From Harriotta raleighana (lineage: Eukaryota), in the NCBI GenBank assembly GCA_050575255.1, contig JBNZDD010013516.1, positions 189,683-246,964 on the forward strand: 57,282 bases of DNA, read 5' to 3'. A program made the translations under genes and the position numbers. This document shows, piece after piece, positions 50,773-57,282 of this stretch; within the stretch, counting starts at the first letter, position 1, and each line of letters begins with the position of its first letter. Under the pieces are notes generated by a model, which did no database searches, was not told where the DNA came from, and was given only the letters and a program-made list of their open reading frames with translations.

Positions 50773-53700
50773 TCGGTAGTTTCCAGTTCCTGGCTACTGG
50801 TTTGTTAGCGATGAGGTTTTCAGTAAATCCACAAACGGACTGTCGGGTTCTTAAGATGATATGTACAGTACCACGAAACGGGGGAGATAATGCATTTTCC
50901 TTACGGGCCAGGGATGGGTTGGGATGGGGTTCGGGGGTTGTGGGGAAACCAAGAGAAGAGGCAAATGTGACAGATCATTCCTCACCGAGTCCTTTTAGCT
51001 GTAGCAGATTGCTGAGTAAATTTGCCTGCCTGCCTACCTGCTCTCTCAGCTCATGGCTCTCTGCCAGCTGATGGGGATGTGATCTCGGGGAGGCCAGCAG
51101 CAACCGATTATATTAAAAATGAGCCGAGAAAGGAAACAGCTTCTCCTGACGAGACATCGGGACCGCTCTTAAGTCTCCGCTTTAATTGATCAAACTTCTA
51201 GAGGAAGTGTTCAATGTGTAGAATAAGGATTCCCGCGAATCTACCGCGAAGGGGAGTTGTTTACAACTATTGTATCACCATTGTTCACGCCTGCTTTTAA
51301 TATAAACCCGGCTTGGCTTCCGACAAGAGTTCTGCTCTGTTTGCCTAAATTACGAGTATTGTGTGATGACATTGTGCATATTAAGGAGTAGGTCAGGATA
51401 TTAATACTGTGTTTCCCTGGTAGTCTAATCTTGGCCGGCAGTGTGATAACTGATATCCCCGGTGCCATCGGCAGCTTGGCGAAGCAACAGAGTTATTCTG
51501 TGGACTCGGGGAGTCGAGTTGCATCTGTGGTGACGTTTTAGTTTACAGTCTCTGACCTCCATTGTAGCATAAAGAAAAGTGGAAATCGCTGCTGATCAGC
51601 AAGCTGGTCGTAAGTGCTCGTTCAGAGAACGCTTTTATTCCAATTTAATGTCGGTGGTGGTGGGGATGGGATGGGGTGGGGTGGGGGGGAGGGAATTTTG
51701 GGAAACACGCCGAGAGTGATCCCCTGTTAAACACACAAAGGTGATTTGTGATTGTTTCTGCCCGACGTTGGTTGATGAATGAATTGGATGAAAAGACAGC
51801 GAGAGGAAGTTGTGCGTGTGAGATTTCTGCAGATGCATCAGTGCTGAGTATGTATTGCAATATTCTGAAAACTCTGAACAGAAAGTGAGTGTGAGCAAAC
51901 GATTTTTTTGCAGAATCCACCGTGTGTGCACAAACCTGCTGTTTGTGTGGTTTTTGCAGCAAAGTTAGACCTGATGCTTGTGAAAACTACAGCAGCTTAA
52001 ACTGAATGCCATCGAGTAAGCTGAGCTGTCACAAGCCGTTGGCTGCTGTGGATAGGAACGTTGATGTAAAATACTAAGCGGTATTGTCGATTGATAGGAT
52101 TAATTCATTTGAGGTGCTGAAGTTGTTGTTAAGAATTGCTATGTAATGTAATTTAAGATTTTTGATTGATTGTGGGTCTGATGTTGTGTTTCATATTTAT
52201 CTTACGAGCCCCAAAGTTGGGAAGATTTCAACTAGTAAGCTCCCAAAATCTACGTCAGTTTACCTGCAGGACAAATGCTGAGCGGTTTCGTTTTCCAGCT
52301 GCTTTTAAAATTTGCCCGGACTTTCGGGAATGAAAGCAAGAGACGTCCCAAAAGGACATCTGCTGAGTTTGCGCTCTGTTCACTGCCAGCGCATCCGCTG
52401 GATCACAGCAAGACTGTTCAATAATTCAGCTCATCTTATCTTATTTTATACCTTCCCTGCACTGGCTATGCTCACAGCGTTTTGTGTTGGTAATTTCTGC
52501 TGCTGTTCAGGCTGCGTTTAATTACTCTCTTCCCACCTCTTCCCGGCCGGCCAGCCAGCCAGCCCTCTGTACGGTTGCTTTTGTGCCTGTGAAAACACTT
52601 GGTGTTGAAAGATAATTGGTTTTATGTGACGGGTTTTTATGTGACGAGTTAACTAACAGCAGAGAGCTAACAAGCAATCCAATGGAGGGGGGGTTTTAGT
52701 CCCCTGAACACGAGATACACGAGTGATTCAATCGCCTTCTGAGCCCCAAGATTAGCCCCCCCCCCCCACCCACCCAATGCTGCAAGCACGCTATCTGTTT
52801 AAATGTGAAGAATAATTCCCGTCTGGACAGGGTTAGTTAGCCTGATATGATCTTGTGCTCGCTGGGGCAGACAGCAGAGGTCAATGCATTACCTCTACCC
52901 CACCCAGCCCTTGTGACTTCTACACCAACGTTCCCATTTGTGATGCCTTTCACTTGTATAAAAGGTGAAATAAAATGATTGGCTAAGAAATCGTAACTGC
53001 TCGTCAATACCAATGCTAATCCCTTTGAATCCAGATTCAACAGAACTGTAGCCTGAGATCTAGAAACGATCTTACTTTCCATTCACTCATATTTAACGCT
53101 GTAATTGCAGAAGTAAGTGATCAATTGGGGTAAAGTCTCTTATTATGCATTACAATTTTTGGAGCCGCCTCCCCGCCCCCCCCTCCCAAAGGAGGAGGCT
53201 TTCCAGTTTTTCATGCTGTCGCCCTTTATTTCAATTGGCCTGAACACTCACCGTTTGCCAACAGTTGTGGCGAACCTCACACTTCTCTGTAAGACACTTA
53301 AGCAAATCAGTTTGGGGGCTGGCGAGCTCTGCTCCCACTGTAACTCAGGTGAGCTTTTTTTTTACATCCAACGTGTACCTTCTCTTACCTGGGTGTGTCA
53401 AGCAGTGTGCTTGCGTGCGTGCGTGACTGTGCAGCTCATTAGCAGCGCCCAGTGTAGTAAATAAACAGAGTACATCTCATGCGTGAGAGCACACCAGCAC
53501 ACAGAGCAGGCAGCAACGATGGTACTGGAGTGAATAAGCAAAGCAGCCTGTGTACTGCACACTTTTAAAAGTATTTCCTGCTCAGTTTGTAACTGTGACC
53601 TGGAGTCGATGTGCCTTCCCCTCTGATCGCTCTTTATGTAACGCATTATGATTTTTGGGGGGGGCATTTCAATATATTTTTTGCTTCGTTGTTTTACGCG

Positions 53701-53801
53701 GTTGGGAGTATATATATATATATGTATGTATATATACACTGTAACTGGTTGCGAAGAGAAGCTGTAAACGGTTTGTGTTTTGCTCTCGGCTCCTGTCTCA
53801 G

Positions 53802-53916
53802 AATACAGCAGGTTCGAAGCCAAAATCCATGACCTGCGAGAACAGATGATGAACAGCAGCATCAGCTCCGGCTCAGGGTCTCTGCGCACCAGTCAAAAGC
53901 GATCTCTATACGTCAG
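53802..53916 (+). CDS. DLG1: DLG1 PDZ3-SH3 linker exon (115 nt): (E)[37 protein letters not shown](R)
   Basis: Acceptor ctcAG, donor CAG/gtaagg; phase 1-2. The next (SH3) exon lies beyond the window. Confidence 0.97.
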
Positions 53917-54049
53917 GTAAGGACACAAAGCGTTACTCCTGTACTGGGGGGGGAGAAAAGTGAGAGCGGGTGTTTACTTGCTTTGCTCTTTTTATATGAC
54001 AAATTGCCTGGTGTCGCTGTATATTTCTCAAATGTCTCAGAATAATAAG

Positions 54050-54245
54050 ATTATAGTAATAATAATAAGAATCCTTGCATTTGATATATCGCTTTACACG
54101 TCTTCTAGACTGACGTCTCAAAGCGCTTCACAGCACAGTGTACACTGTCGAGTGAATTGACTGTATATATTTGTGGGCGAAACGCGGCAGCCGATTACGC
54201 ACAGCAGCGTCCCCCTCACAAACAGCCGTGGATTGAAAATGACCA
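54050..54245 (-). mobile_element. SINE 3' half
   Basis: Reverse complement of the core and tail. Confidence 0.87.
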
Positions 54246-55819
54246 GTTTATTATATATAGAGTTCTCAGTTTGAAAATTCCTTCTAACGCCACCATTCCC
54301 TCTTTGAGTATTCCTAGCGCTGGATTTCATTTTCCAGTCATCCGGCAGAGAACAAACTCATGAGCAAATATTTGAAGATCTTTTTATAGTGTAGAATCTT
54401 TTTGATGGTGGCAGCTCGGTGGAATGTGATGTTTTCATTCTAAGTATACTGGAGAACCACAGGACTCAGAGCCAGAATGAGCCTTCGCTGCTTTTAATAG
54501 TCTGTTACATTATGTTTTAAGAACAGTTGCCTCCACCCCTCCACCCCACCCCTACCCTCCACCTCTCTCTCTCTCACACGCTTTTGCNCCAGAATGAGCC
54601 TTCGCTGCTTTTAATAGTCTGTTACATTATGTTTTAAGAACAGTTGCCTCCACCCCACCCCTACCCTCCACCTCTCTCTCTCTCACACGCTTTTGCTATC
54701 TTTCCCTGAACTGTTTCTTGCTCTCTTAAATCCTGCCCTCTTCGTCTCCCCCAAACTGTTTGGATCTCTCCCCACATCTTCATCTTTTCCCTCTTACCTC
54801 CCCCTCCTCCAACTAGAGTTGGTTAAAAGTTGTTTCTGCTCCCTCTCCATCTCTAAACTCCTGCCTCTCTCCCTTGCCCCCCCCCCGTCCCCTGTCCCCT
54901 CTTGTTGAAGCACTCTTGAGACGTCGTCCGGCGTGGAGGGCGCTATATAAATCCAAGTTGTTGCTGTCTATCCCTACTGCCTCTGGCCTCCCATCGGCCT
55001 TCCTCTGCCTCAAATTCCAATTGAAGCCTAGCAATGAAATTATTTTATTTTAAAAAAAATTTGCCTTTCTGTCACTGAAATTAATTCTCGCCGTTTGGAC
55101 TCACAGAACAGTTGAGTCTGTTGTCGTCTCTGGTGGCAGCTGTGAGTGAGTGGCTGGTTGCTCCAAGAGGCTCTCGTTTTATACTTCTCAAAACCTTTTG
55201 TGTCCAGTCTCTTTTCAGCCCAAGTCTCTCTCTACAGCTTCAGCTGTCAGCTGCTCCAGGAAGAAACCCTAGTCCACGTGCGCTGAACACAAAGCATCAA
55301 AGGGCAGTTTCTGAATGTGCAATTCATCCACTCCATGTCACTGCTTTGATGTGGTTTTAACAAAATCCCATCAGTAAACTCTAAAATCATGTAAACCGCA
55401 TCTGTTCGGGGGTGGTGGGGGTGGGGGGGGGTGGGGGGGGGGAGAGNNNNNNNNNNNNNNNNNNNNNNNNNNNNNNNNNNGAGAGTGGGGGTGGGGGTTT
55501 AAAACATCATCGAGAACAGAATGTGGAGGCCTAGGATTTTGTGAATGGTTCCATCCACACCAAGGAGAGTCCGAAGGAGACTTGGTTTATCCACCCGTGT
55601 GGGTAATGTATCTCAGGGACCCAGTCATTGATCTGGACATTTAACGGGGATTTGGGGCAGATTTGCTTTCCTGTTGACGCTGTTGGTCTGCTGGTCCGGA
55701 CCCCTGGATGTTGAAGATCCCATGACACCATTCAAAAAACATTCTCCGTGGGAATTGTCCCAACAAACCTCCAGATAAACTGAGCGTTCCCGGGAATTTC
55801 CCGGCTGTGTCTGCCGGCA

Positions 55820-55930
55820 TAACAACAACAACAACAACAAAATTTATAGAGCGGCCTTTCACGTCAGGAGGACGTCCCAAGGTGCTGAACAGTCAGGTCG
55901 GGACCCGAGCAACGGGGAGGGGGGCGCAGG
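55820..55930 (-). mobile_element. LINE2 3' tail
   Basis: (aac)n plus gcctttcacgtcaggaggacgtcccaaggtgctg. Confidence 0.82.
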
Positions 55931-56382
55931 GTAGTGGGGAGAGGAGAGAGAGAGAGAGTGAGGATACCAGTTGCTATACTTTGACAGTTAAGTCCGGTAA
56001 AAAGCACATTGAGGCATTTGATGTGATAAGATACTCTTGTCAAGTACAGCAACTGGTATCCTCGCTCTGAGATCAATCAGGAATCAAAAATTATGTTCTT
56101 TCCCGTTGTGTTCCTGCAAACGACGAGCTTGAATGTTCCGTGGCTTACTCGAAACCGAATCTTTCATGACCTTGACCGCCGGGGTAATGGGGACGGATGG
56201 AGGAGGAGGAGGAGGAGGAGGGAGGGCGCAGAGGAAAGAGAGAACGTTCTGTTACAGTTACTTGTTTACTAGCAGGAATTGTTTCAACAGCTCTATGCAT
56301 CTTAAAGCAACAACAACATTTGTAAAGCGCCTTTGACATCAATCCTGGGATGTTAAGGACAAAATATTGCATAGAGCATTAA

Positions 56383-56580
56383 CTAATAATAAAAATTGTT
56401 CATTTCAATCCACGGCCGTGTGTGTGGGGGACGCTGCTGTGCGCAATTGGCTGTATATATTCGCCCACAAATATATACAGTCAATTCACTTCACAGTATA
56501 GTCTGTGACGCGCTTTGAGACGACTAGAGGACGTGAAAAGCCGTGATATCAAATGCAAGGATGATTATTATTATTATTAT
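56383..56580 (+). mobile_element. SINE 3' half
   Basis: Core, tail and (att)n. Confidence 0.87.
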
Positions 56581-56954
56581 CCACAAGAGGATAATGAAAC
56601 ACGGCTGTTAAGTTTCTTGTCACAAGAGACCGTCGACCACAGACAGCGCCTAACGTTAGGTGCGTGAGGGAAATGTAGTGTGAAGTCAGAAAGAGCGGCG
56701 GTGTCCACTCACATACTAAATCTTTGTGGTCCCTTCAACTACTCTTGTCTCAACACGTTTGTCAGGAAATAGCTTGTTTGAATAAGTGTAATGAGCCAGT
56801 AAGTAGCAGTGGTTACGGTGAGGTTAGCGGTTGGCTGGCTACTGTAGAGTGGGGTGTGGAGAGAGAGAGTGAGGCGCTGTTCCACATTTCCTGTTGGGGT
56901 AAAATTAACTTTGGAGGTTTTCTCATTTTCTCTGCATCCTGTTTTCTTCTATCC

Positions 56955-57282
56955 ACCTGCCCTCCCCGCCTCCGCTCAGCAGGCTCTGGCCTGCTCCACG
57001 TCCCCAGACCCACCCGCCCCACCATTGGAGGGCGAGCCTTTAGCTACTCTGCCCCCAACCTCTGGAACTCCATCCCGCAGTCACTCCGCCTCGCACCGTC
57101 CCTGCCCTCCTTGAAGTACCGCCTCAAAACTCCTCTTCGGTAGTCCTATCATCAAATCCTAATCCCACCCTTTCCGTCCCCGTCCTCAGGTCGGGTCTGA
57201 CACAGTGACTGTCCAGCACCTTGGGGCGTACTCCTGACGTGAAAGGCGCTATACACGTGTAATTTTGTTGTTGTTGTTGTTG
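56955..57282 (+). mobile_element. LINE2 3' end
   Basis: PRLRSAGSGLLHVPRPTRPTIGGRAFSYSAPNLWNSIPQSLRLAPSLPSLKYRLKT, then tail and (ttg)n. Confidence 0.9.

Noticed and set aside
53398-53889. 163-aa minus-strand ORF, plus the minus-strand ORFs at 19855-20100 and 1761-1988
   Set aside because: Antisense shadows of DLG1 coding exons; no independent gene signal.

Overview
This is vertebrate genomic DNA, not prokaryotic. It is a 57-kb internal segment of a DLG1 (SAP97/hDlg) MAGUK gene on the + strand. Eleven GT-AG coding exons splice together in frame: the proline-rich I1A and I1B inserts, the pre-PDZ1 exon, PDZ1, PDZ2, the PDZ2-3 linker, PDZ3 and the exon leading into SH3. The L27 N-terminus and the SH3/GK C-terminus lie outside the window. 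The introns hold about 35 copies or fragments of a tRNA-headed SINE with an L2-type tail, plus LINE2 3' ends, old CR1 reverse-transcriptase remnants, ancient Deu-type SINEs and a Tc1/mariner-type MITE. This repeat content suggests a cartilaginous fish, probably a chimaera such as Callorhinchus milii (inference). Nearly all ORFs in the supplied track are intronic noise. Eight apparent tandem duplications flank single N bases and are most likely unmerged assembly overlaps. I see no clearly novel multi-gene system. The best leads are candidate unannotated in-frame exons or alternative starts, a rare GAG acceptor bracketed by inverted SINEs, a DLG2-like linker and a MITE with a triplicated terminus. 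All comparisons to human DLG1/2/3 and to named repeat families are from memory and need confirming by alignment.
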